In this document: positions 35,185 to 43,284 of the stretch, one piece after another
How the letters are laid out: every line of letters starts with the position of its first letter
Position numbering within the stretch: the first letter of the stretch is position 1
Assembly (NCBI GenBank): GCA_016699975.1
Contig: CP064994.1
Coordinates: forward strand, 981,874-1,045,873
Source of the DNA: Candidatus Moraniibacteriota bacterium
Lineage (GTDB): Bacteria; Patescibacteriota; Minisyncoccia; Moranbacterales; UBA1568
DNA: 64,000 nucleotides
Direction of reading: 5' to 3'
Translations under genes and position numbers: made by a program
Notes under the pieces: model-generated
What the model saw: the letters and a program-made list of their open reading frames with translations, nothing else
Told to the model about the DNA's origin: nothing
Database searches by the model: none

Positions 35185-35709
35185 TTACGACACGAGATGG
35201 CGGTATACCGCCGCCGCGACGGCCGAGTCGTAGAGGGGATTGTGAGTCCCGCCCGCGAACTCGTCGACCAGCAGGTTGTGCTCGGCCGCGAACTTGTCCA
35301 CCGAAGTGGGGTCCGCGCCGGCGGCCTGCAGGTTTCCGCTCACATCGTAGAGCGGATACGGACCGTCCCAGTCACCGATGAGGCCCTTGTCGTGCAGGTC
35401 GCGGAGAATCCGCGCCTCCACAATGTACCCCATGTGCACGACCACATCCGCGCCGTCCTTGTTGGCCTTGTAGAAGGCCGCGAAGTCGGCGAGAAGTGCG
35501 TCGTAAGACTGGTGCGTGACGGGGATGTCGGTGATCTTCGGAAGGACGTTCTCCCGAACCCACCCGTCGGTCACTTCCGTGTCCGGCAAGCGACCGACGA
35601 AGCGACCGATCTCGGCGCCGTTCTCGTCGTAGACGAGCGCGCCGATAGCGAACGCTTGCCCCCACAGCCCGTTTGTTTCCGCATCGAAGCTGAACAGTTT
35701 CTTACTCAT
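35185..35709 (-). CDS. DEDDh-family 3'-5' exonuclease (DnaQ-like), standalone, GC-rich
   Basis: Exo I FSFDAETNGL; Exo III HNPLYDSAVAAAVYRHL; AAGGAG 7 nt upstream of the ATG. Confidence 0.55.
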   Translation of the reverse strand: MSKKLFSFDAETNGLWGQAFAIGALVYDENGAEIGRFVGRLPDTEVTDGWVRENVLPKITDIPVTHQSYDALLADFAAFYKANKDGADVVVHMGYIVEARILRDLHDKGLIGDWDGPYPLYDVSGNLQAAGADPTSVDKFAAEHNLLVDEFAGGTHNPLYDSAVAAAVYRHLVS

Positions 35710-35774
35710 GGTCTTTCTCCTTTTCTGTGCCTCACTAACCTGAGGCGCGGTTTCGGCGTTGTGCCATTTCCTCA

Positions 35775-35819
35775 ATATGAGGACTGTATTCTCCCCCTGG
35801 AAGCGCACAGTCCTCATAT
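35775..35819. promoter_or_regulatory. Perfect 13-bp inverted repeat atatgaggactgt-N19-acagtcctcatat, about 70-110 bp upstream of the exonuclease start
   Basis: Direct reading; candidate operator or 5'-leader hairpin. Confidence 0.4.
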
Positions 35820-35857
35820 TGAAGCGTGTCGTATTTACAAAGAACTTAAAGCTTGAA

Positions 35858-35897
35858 ACAAAAACAGTCTTTCCTGCAAGGAAAGACTGTTTTTTAG
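35858..35897. terminator. Bidirectional intrinsic terminator (acagtctttcc-tgca-aggaaagactgt flanked by A5 and T6)
   Basis: 11-bp perfect stem with U-tracts on both strands. Confidence 0.6.
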
Positions 35898-36477
35898 GCT
35901 CTCCTCTTTTCCCCCCGGGTTGGAACCACCGTTGCTTAGCTCGGTTGGTGGAGGTTCATAGCGCCAATTCGCTCACCTCACTCTTGATAACTGCTATTGA
36001 TTTTTCAAAGCTTTACCCAATAAGTATAGCAGATGCATTGATTTTGTCAATACGTGAGGATATATTTATTTTTTGGAACCCTTCTTTATTTGTTTTATTT
36101 AAGCTGAGGAAAATCAAATAGTGAATCTGGGCAAAACGGTATCCGGGTTAAAAATGTGGAATAATTTCATATTTGTCCACTTCTAAAAAAAACCCCCACC
36201 CGTAGAAAAAAGAAATATTTTACAAGAGATCACAATGCATTCCTGTTAAATTACAGTGCTAAGTGAGTTACACAAGAGATCGTGTTGATTTCTTAATTAA
36301 GAGACTCCCAACTTTCTTTTAAATTTCAAAAATGGGTATTTCCGAACTTCTCCATTACCAAAAATTGTTTTCGAAATTGTAAAGTTTTCTCAATTGCCAA
36401 TACAAGATTTTTAAAATTTAGGAAACCTTAATACCAAGAACGGTAAAAATAACACCTTCCGAATTTACTAAAAAAAA

Positions 36478-36757
36478 TTGGCGGAAAGGGGAGGGATTCG
36501 GTCGGGATAATTGATTCGTCGGCACCCGACCCCGCCTCGCGGTCAGGTGTACTCTTCGCCTGACACGTCTGCTTTCCCCCTCACAAAATGAACATCACTT
36601 TCTCCTCATCCTTGTTCTCCTCTGGCGGTGCGAAATGGTCGTCAGCCATCAAATGACCCTGCCTGCGGTCGGGTGTACTCGCCTGACATCGCTCGAAAGC
36701 ACCTACCCTCACCAAAAGTAGGCAGTTCACTTCTCCTCATCCTGTTCTCCACAATTT
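36478..36757. repeat. Three degenerate ~135-140-bp tandem units, each starting with a copy of the tRNA-Ser 3' end (att-like direct repeats)
   Basis: ttggcggaaaggggagggattcgg (36478-36501) is a 22/23 match to the tRNA-Ser 3' end at 36758-36781. Further shared segments are tctggcggtgcgaaatgg at 36621, cacttctcctcatcc(t)tgttctcc x2 and gcggtc(a/g)ggtgtactc...cctgaca x2. Confidence 0.6.
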
Positions 36758-36847
36758 TGGCGGAAAGGGAGGGATTCGAACCCTCGATCCCCTTTCGGAG
36801 ATACCGCTTTTCGAGAGCGGCGCCTTCAACCACTCGGCCACCTTTCC
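36758..36847 (-). tRNA. tRNA-Ser (anticodon CGA), class II long variable arm, CCA encoded
   Basis: GGAAAGGUGGCCGAGUGGUUGAAGGCGCCGCUCUCGAAAAGCGG...GGGUUCGAAUCCCUCCCUUUCCGCCA; anticodon loop CUCGAAA. Confidence 0.85.
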
Positions 36848-37049
36848 TCTATATCTCTATTGTATATCTTGCCGTTTCCACTTTTTCCATTATGTGCGGA
36901 AAATCAAACTTTTGTCCAACCGTACCTCGAGTACGAGGTGAGGAACACAAAAACAAAAGTCGAGGACGCACTTTGGGTCCCCGACCGAAGGAGAAGAGCT
37001 CTGGTTCCAAAGAAGGAATTTCGTCATCGGTCACCCGAGCTCAGTTTCC

Positions 37050-38480
37050 TCATGAAGTGATCTCACGCACGCCAACCAGTTGAAGCTGATCACTCTTTCG
37101 ATGGCGCCCAAGACAGAGAACCGCCCGCTCACCTTTTCGCACCTTCCCTTCTTCAAGAAGTCGCTCGGTAAGACGATCGATAATCTGGTCGAGGTCTGCA
37201 TCTTCCTCAAAAAGAAACGCGTCGACACCCCACATGAGAGCCATACGATTCCACGCGCGGCGATTGTTGGTTGCTACAAAGAGACGCGAACTCGGACGGA
37301 AGTGCGACATAAGTCGTGCTGTAAATCCGCTCTCACTCATGAGCAAAATGATGTCGGCCTCATAACTTTTTGCGAGTTCATAAACACTCCGCACCATCAC
37401 TGAGTATTCGGAGCGAAGATTCATGCCCATGGTGTTATACACGTTGTCGAACGGCGATTCTTCCGTATGCGCGATAATTTCCGCCATGGTGCGAATCGTC
37501 TCGACCGGATATTTCCCCATCGCCGACTCTTCGGAGAGCATAACTGCATCCGCATGATCGATAACCGCATTCGTTACATCGCTCACCTCGGCTCGAGTCG
37601 GACGCGGATTCTCCGTCATCGACTTCATCATTTGCGTCGCCACAATAACAGGGCGCACCGCCGAAAGACTTTCCGCGATAATTTCTTTCTGAAGAATTGC
37701 CACTTTCGTTTCCGGAAGTTCGATACCCAAATCTCCCCGCGCTACCATAACAGCATCCGCTTCGCGGATAATCTCCTTCAGATTTTTGACCGCCTCCTTG
37801 CGCTCGATTTTCACAACAACGCGCGGAAAGAGCTCTTCGGGAATCTCGGCTTCTGCGAAAAGCGCGCGCATGGATCGAACATCGTCGGCACTTCCCACAA
37901 AAGACATACCCACATAGTCCACTCTTTGGTCGAGGACGAAACGAATATCGCGCCGGTCTTTTTCGGTAATGACGGGGAGCGAAAGCTTTGAATCCGGAAG
38001 ATTGACTCCTTTTCTGTTCTTTACTTCGCCGTCATTCATCGCTTCGAGTTCAAGAAGCGCGCCTTCTTTTTTCATCACGCGAAACTGGAGTGTTCCATCT
38101 TCCACCAGAACTCCATGATCTACTTCGATATCACGCACGATTTCCGGCTGATCAAGAAAAAACAGGTGTCCGTGAAGATCAGGAACCTCTCCTTCGTGCG
38201 CACTATCGCTTGCGAATACATGTTCTCCGGTCGAAACACGGAACGGTTCTGCTACCCTGGTTCGAATGCGCGGACCCTGAATGTCAGCAAGAATCGCGAT
38301 CGGCATCTGAAGTTCTTCGGAGAGTTCACGGACACGGTTGATGATCGACTCGTGCCATTCATATTCGCCATGCGAAAAATTGAGGCGCACCACATTCATT
38401 CCCGCTTTCACCATTTCTCGGAGCCGCTCTTTCGACTCGGATGCCGGACCGATAGTCGCGACGATCTTTGTGTGTTTCAT
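37050..38480 (-). CDS. pyk: Pyruvate kinase
   Basis: MKHTKIVATIGPASESKERLREMVKAGMNVVRLNFSHG. Confidence 0.85.
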   Translation of the reverse strand: MKHTKIVATIGPASESKERLREMVKAGMNVVRLNFSHGEYEWHESIINRVRELSEELQMPIAILADIQGPRIRTRVAEPFRVSTGEHVFASDSAHEGEVPDLHGHLFFLDQPEIVRDIEVDHGVLVEDGTLQFRVMKKEGALLELEAMNDGEVKNRKGVNLPDSKLSLPVITEKDRRDIRFVLDQRVDYVGMSFVGSADDVRSMRALFAEAEIPEELFPRVVVKIERKEAVKNLKEIIREADAVMVARGDLGIELPETKVAILQKEIIAESLSAVRPVIVATQMMKSMTENPRPTRAEVSDVTNAVIDHADAVMLSEESAMGKYPVETIRTMAEIIAHTEESPFDNVYNTMGMNLRSEYSVMVRSVYELAKSYEADIILLMSESGFTARLMSHFRPSSRLFVATNNRRAWNRMALMWGVDAFLFEEDADLDQIIDRLTERLLEEGKVRKGERAVLCLGRHRKSDQLQLVGVREITS

Positions 38481-38742
38481 AAAAAAACAAGATTTCAAAA
38501 ATCAAACTTTCAAATTGAGTTATTGTACCAGAAGACCATGCGCGACACAAAGAAAAAAGGCCTCCGCCTTTCTGGTTCCGTTTCTTTAAGAAGGAAGGAG
38601 TTGCCTAGCCTGACCGAATCTCCAAAAGCTCTTCCAAAAACCTTTCAAGAGACGATGGAGAGCGAGGATATGAGGCTCCCTTTAATTGCTGCGCAGCAAG
38701 GCACTGAATATCAGCGCCCCTTTCCCTCGGAGCCCCTCTCTT

Positions 38743-39120
38743 TTAGAGATTGAGCTTTTTTGCGATACCCGAAACCAGTGGCATATCCCAGCGTTCTCCT
38801 TGAAGCGCCTTCACAAAACCGAGCACATTCAGAACGAACACGAAGACAGCGAGTCCCCATCCAAGTATCGGGAACCAGAAAACGAATGAGCCAAGAATCC
38901 AAACAACCAAAAGCGCCACTCCCTGTTTCGCATGAAATTGGCAATACGGACTTTCTCGCTTCAAAAAAAGCGGAATAAAAACAAGAACGCACAGGTAACT
39001 GAGCGCTGCCACAAAGCGGTGATCCTCCACATCTTTGGAAAGCGGAAGTGCCGGGCTTTCACTCACGGTTTCCCGTTCTTTCTCATGATTCGGTGTTTCC
39101 GTACCGGTTGTTTCATTCAT
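38743..39120 (-). CDS. DUF4870-family small membrane protein
   Basis: FVAALSYLCVLVFIPLFLKRESPYCQFHAKQG. Confidence 0.45.
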   Translation of the reverse strand: MNETTGTETPNHEKERETVSESPALPLSKDVEDHRFVAALSYLCVLVFIPLFLKRESPYCQFHAKQGVALLVVWILGSFVFWFPILGWGLAVFVFVLNVLGFVKALQGERWDMPLVSGIAKKLNL

Positions 39121-39283
39121 ACCAATGGCTATCAAGGATGATATTTTTATTCATTGTATCACATACGAAAATCCGCGCGACAGTCAGGCCAGAGATTTTG
39201 TTTGGGAAAAGAGAGGAGCGTTTTCCTGTGCGGGAAACTTCTTTCCGCTCCGAAGAAGTGTCCGAAACGAGAGAGGGAGAGAA

Positions 39284-39664
39284 TCAATCGGAAAGAGTTT
39301 CTCCGTCTTGTGAAAGCGCTTCCCAAATATGCGCCGGAACAGGATCACGCTCGGAACTTCTTCCGGGATAGCGCCAGACGCTGATGATGTTTACCCTGCG
39401 CTTCGAAACTAAATCAAGCGGCTCACGCTGTCTGGTCGAGGATTCTTTTTGGTACATTACCCACAATTCGTGAGGGCGTGCCCTCGAACCGAGCCGATGC
39501 ATGGCAGCAACGGTTCCAGGCAAAATACCAACTTCTTCCCGATCTGGACGACGCATCACCGCGAGCGCGCGCTGCCGACTCACTCGGTACTCCCGCATTT
39601 TATACTCGGCATGCCGAGTAAACGATATTCCTCCCCTCGTCTTCGCCTGAATCCGCAACATCAT
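39284..39664 (-). CDS. DUF4258-like protein (putative toxin-type small protein)
   Basis: FTRHAEYKMREYRVSRQRALAVM...HELWVMY...VNIISVWRY resembles the DUF4258 pattern from memory; partner not identified. Confidence 0.25.
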   Translation of the reverse strand: MMLRIQAKTRGGISFTRHAEYKMREYRVSRQRALAVMRRPDREEVGILPGTVAAMHRLGSRARPHELWVMYQKESSTRQREPLDLVSKRRVNIISVWRYPGRSSERDPVPAHIWEALSQDGETLSD

Positions 39665-39671
39665 ACCGCGT

Positions 39672-40586
39672 TTACGAAGGTTCTTTCATGGCATTTTTGG
39701 CATCGATATTGCGAAGGGCCGCGATACGCTGTTCGATCGGCGGATGTGTGAGAAAGAGCGAGGAAATCCGTTTCCCCTTGAAGGGATTCGAGATAAAAAG
39801 ATGCGCCGTCGCACGATTCGCTGCTTCCAAAGGCTCGGTATCGCCAGAAATTTTTTCAAGAGCGCTTGCGAGTCCTTCAGGATAGCGAGTGAGGAGCGCG
39901 CCCGAAGCGTCCGCCAAAAATTCTCGTTTTCGGGAAATGGCAAACTGCATAAGCATTGCCGCAATGGGCGCGAGAATCGACAGGACGATTGCGGCAATAA
40001 AGAAAATCGCTCGAAATTGACCGCCGCGATCCTCTTCACCTCGCCCCCCGAAGAACGCCGCATTTCGAAACCAGTCCGCAAGCAGCGTGATAAATCCCGC
40101 AAGCACCACTACCACAGTAGAAATGAGAATATCGCGGTTTCCGATATGCGAAAGCTCATGCGCTGCCACGCCTTCGAGCTCCGTTCGGTTGAGGCGATTC
40201 AAAATGCCGGTGGTGAAACATATCACACCATGCTTCGGGTCACGCCCTGTCGCGAAGGCGTTCATGGCGGAATCTTCTATAATGTAAATTTTCGGAACGG
40301 GAAGCCCTGCGGTAATACAAAGATTTTCGACGATATTATAAAGCTCGCGCGCATTCTCACGTGTCACTTCTTTCGCACCGCTCATCGAAAGAACAATTTT
40401 GTCGCTCCACCAGTAAGAACCAAAGCTCATGAGAACAGAGAAAATAACCGCGCCGTAGAGAATGAAACTGTTTCCAAGCGCCGTCGCAAAAACATAGCCC
40501 ACACCCGTTACCAACACCAAGAAACCGGTGATGTAGACCCAGGTGAGACGCGTATTCTTGTCGTACGAGTGGTAAAGTGTTGCCAT
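39672..40586 (-). CDS. htpX: Protease HtpX (peptidase M48)
   Basis: HELSHIGNRD HExxH in a TM-flanked context; C-terminal FLTHPPIEQRIAALR. Confidence 0.8.
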   Translation of the reverse strand: MATLYHSYDKNTRLTWVYITGFLVLVTGVGYVFATALGNSFILYGAVIFSVLMSFGSYWWSDKIVLSMSGAKEVTRENARELYNIVENLCITAGLPVPKIYIIEDSAMNAFATGRDPKHGVICFTTGILNRLNRTELEGVAAHELSHIGNRDILISTVVVVLAGFITLLADWFRNAAFFGGRGEEDRGGQFRAIFFIAAIVLSILAPIAAMLMQFAISRKREFLADASGALLTRYPEGLASALEKISGDTEPLEAANRATAHLFISNPFKGKRISSLFLTHPPIEQRIAALRNIDAKNAMKEPS

Positions 40587-40693
40587 AGTCAAAAAGTCGT
40601 TGAATTTGAAAATACACCAGAACAATCCTAATCGGTTTTAACAACAACAAAGTATACTCAAATTCTTTTCATATCTGTGTGTTTCAGGAAATA

Positions 40694-41293
40694 TCACTCA
40701 ATATTCAACTTGTTATACAAAGCACTCCGACGGCCTTCATTATCACGTTTTTTGCGCAACATATCCATACTTTCTGAAGATGAGGGCTGCTTATCCTTCT
40801 GAGCGTTCGGAGGATTTCGAAATTCCACTGAACTCACGGCTCTCTCTGGCGATATGTTCTTTGAACGAAGAAATTCGTTTGCTTTTCCGAGTATTTCCAC
40901 AACTTCAGCTCGATCGCAAGTAAGTTCCTTATATTTTTTCCCTCTGCGGACATGACCAAAGGGGACGACTCTATACACAAATAAGTTTTCCATAGATTCA
41001 TTACCCTTTCTCCCCTCTCTAATTAATACGGTGGAATGAGGCTCGGGACGATCTGTAAGAAAGACCGCGAGCCCAGATGATCCAGAGGAAATAGACTCGT
41101 TTGCGGGCATTTTTCCTACGAGTATATCGCCAATTGCAAGCTTGGAAGACGTCACATGATAATACTTCGGCTTCTCTTTTTGCTCTAAGTGAGAGTCCCT
41201 CTGACGAATCCGAGCTTTTTCACGTGCGGACAAAAGCATATCTTGGTGAATTTTGGGAGAATTGTTGTTGTTTAAAAAAGTATACTTTTCCAT
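40694..41293 (-). CDS. Hypothetical protein (199 aa), AT-rich locus
   Basis: ORF with coding-like composition; no confident domain. Confidence 0.3.
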   Translation of the reverse strand: MEKYTFLNNNNSPKIHQDMLLSAREKARIRQRDSHLEQKEKPKYYHVTSSKLAIGDILVGKMPANESISSGSSGLAVFLTDRPEPHSTVLIREGRKGNESMENLFVYRVVPFGHVRRGKKYKELTCDRAEVVEILGKANEFLRSKNISPERAVSSVEFRNPPNAQKDKQPSSSESMDMLRKKRDNEGRRSALYNKLNIE

Positions 41294-41729
41294 AATGATT
41301 ACCTTTTTGTTAGTTATGAGAGAAGAAAAAGGGAACCTCCTCGGTAAACATCAATCTTCCACTCCATCTGCATCGTACCTTCCACTCCACTCATGCACCT
41401 GCTCAACACAAAGTTTGCACCGAGAATTTAGACAATGAAAATTCCCACTCCTTTGCACACAAAAGAACAGAGAACATTGATCCGCTCACCGCAAGAATAC
41501 CAAGTGTGAAGAGTAATTGACCTTCGTCCTTTTGCATTCTTCTCCCAGAAATCCATCAGATACAAACGACCAGGTAAGTAGAGCAAGGAGATCAACACCG
41601 AGCGGGAGAAAAATTTTCGCGAACTCAATTAGATCAAGTCCCCTCTCTCAGCTTGAATGAGAGAGAAAATGATAGCTCAATAATTCAACGTGATCAAGAG
41701 ACGAGTTTTCAATCGAGAAGAGAAAACCA

Positions 41730-42284
41730 TTAAAACTCCACTTTCACTGGTTGCTTCGCCGCTTCTTCTTCAAGCTCAAAAAATTGTCGTTTGGAAAAAT
41801 TGAACAAATTCGCAATGATATTGGTGGGCACTGTCTCTATTTTCGTATTGAGCGCCAGAACCATACTGTTGTAGAAGCGTCGTGAAGCCTGAATTTTGTT
41901 TTCCGTATCAGAGAGTTCTCGCTGGAGTTCCAAGAAATTCGTATTGGCCTTGAGATCCGGATACGCTTCCGCGACGGCGAAGAGACTCTTGAGTGCTCCC
42001 GAGAGCATATTTTCCGAAGCAGCTTGCTCCTCCACGGTTCCCGCTTGCATCGCTTTTGTTCGCGCCTCGGTCACCTTTTCGAAAACACCGGATTCATGCG
42101 CGGCATACCCCTTCACCGTATTCACCAGGTTCGGGATGAGATCGTAACGACGTTTTAGCTGGACGTCGATATCGCTCCAGGCTTCTTCGGTTCTATTTTT
42201 GAGCGTAACAAGTCCGTTATAGAGAAAGACCGCTCCCACAACAAAGAGCGCAACCACTCCGAGGACGAGAAAAAGAGGTGACAT
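41730..42284 (-). CDS. lemA: LemA family protein
   Basis: N-terminal TM, then [27 protein letters not shown]...[12 protein letters not shown]. Confidence 0.75.
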   Translation of the reverse strand: MSPLFLVLGVVALFVVGAVFLYNGLVTLKNRTEEAWSDIDVQLKRRYDLIPNLVNTVKGYAAHESGVFEKVTEARTKAMQAGTVEEQAASENMLSGALKSLFAVAEAYPDLKANTNFLELQRELSDTENKIQASRRFYNSMVLALNTKIETVPTNIIANLFNFSKRQFFELEEEAAKQPVKVEF

Positions 42285-42492
42285 AGAATTTGAAAAGTCA
42301 GATTCCGTCAGAATGACGAATATTTGGCTTCTGTAAAAGAAATTTAGTCTCTTAATCCGACTATAGCACAGCACCCACTCTCTGAAAAGCGCTGAAACGA
42401 AAAAAGGTATATACTAAATTCCGGGAGAGCTCTTGTCAAAACGGAGATACAAACCTCTTTTTCTTCAGAATTTTATTCGTAACTCACGCGCT

Positions 42493-43284
42493 ATGGTCCG
42501 CCAAAGCATTCTCATCTTTCTCATTCCGGTGTTGGTCGGCATTCTGACCGAAGCAATCAAGTTCGCGAATTACTGCAGAAAGTACGGCTGGGATATTCGC
42601 TATTCGATTGCCTACGGACATATGCCAAGCGCGCACACCGCTTTTGTCCTCTCTCTTGTCACCACCGTTTCTCTCGTCGACGGATTTACGACCACAAGTT
42701 TTGCAATCGCGCTCATTCTTGCCATCATCGTTATTTTCGACGCTCTGCGTTTGCGCGTCTATATGGGCGAACACGCACAATACTTAAACGCCCTTTCAAA
42801 GGAACTGAAGCTTGATGAAACACGATTTCCCCGCCTCAAGGAGCGCGTCGGGCACAAGCCCGAAGAAGTTGCCGTGGGCGCGCTTGTCGGCATTTTTCTC
42901 CACCCTGTTTCTCTTCGCGCTCTGGGGAGTGTAGGAAATTTTGAAGGTAAAACTCAGAGCGGCTCACTCGAGGAATCCGATTGTCGATTTTTTTATGCCT
43001 TCGATTGCGATATCCCTCTCCTACGTTTCGATTCCTTACCCTTCCCGAGCTCGCGAATTTCGTCGCGCAAAATAGCGGCGGTCTCGAAGTCGAGTACCTT
43101 GACCGCTTCTTTCATCTCGCGTTCCTTTCGACGAAGAAGGGCTTCGCGGTCTTTACCGAAGACGTTCGCATCGAGCGCCAAGTCGGCGCGAACCGTGCGA
43201 TCATGTTCGCTCTCCATGCGATCGGTAATGTCGCGAATTTCTTTTCGAATTGTTTCAGGTGTAATGCCGTGCGCTTCGTTGTAG
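42493..43284 (+). CDS. DUF212 (acid phosphatase/vanadium-haloperoxidase-related) membrane protein; annotated 3' end overlaps uvrB by ~290 bp and is doubtful
   Basis: YGHMPSAHTAFVLSLVTTV...DALRLRVYMGEHAQ; the C-terminal ~120 aa are low-quality antisense of uvrB. Confidence 0.4.
   Translation: MVRQSILIFLIPVLVGILTEAIKFANYCRKYGWDIRYSIAYGHMPSAHTAFVLSLVTTVSLVDGFTTTSFAIALILAIIVIFDALRLRVYMGEHAQYLNALSKELKLDETRFPRLKERVGHKPEEVAVGALVGIFLHPVSLRALGSVGNFEGKTQSGSLEESDCRFFYAFDCDIPLLRFDSLPFPSSRISSRKIAAVSKSSTLTASFISRSFRRRRASRSLPKTFASSAKSARTVRSCSLSMRSVMSRISFRIVSGVMPCASL

Noticed and set aside
34864-35856. 330-aa plus-strand ORF in the GC-rich block
   Set aside because: Antisense to the exonuclease and 499-aa genes; high GC inflates spurious ORF length; R/G/V-rich low-complexity translation.
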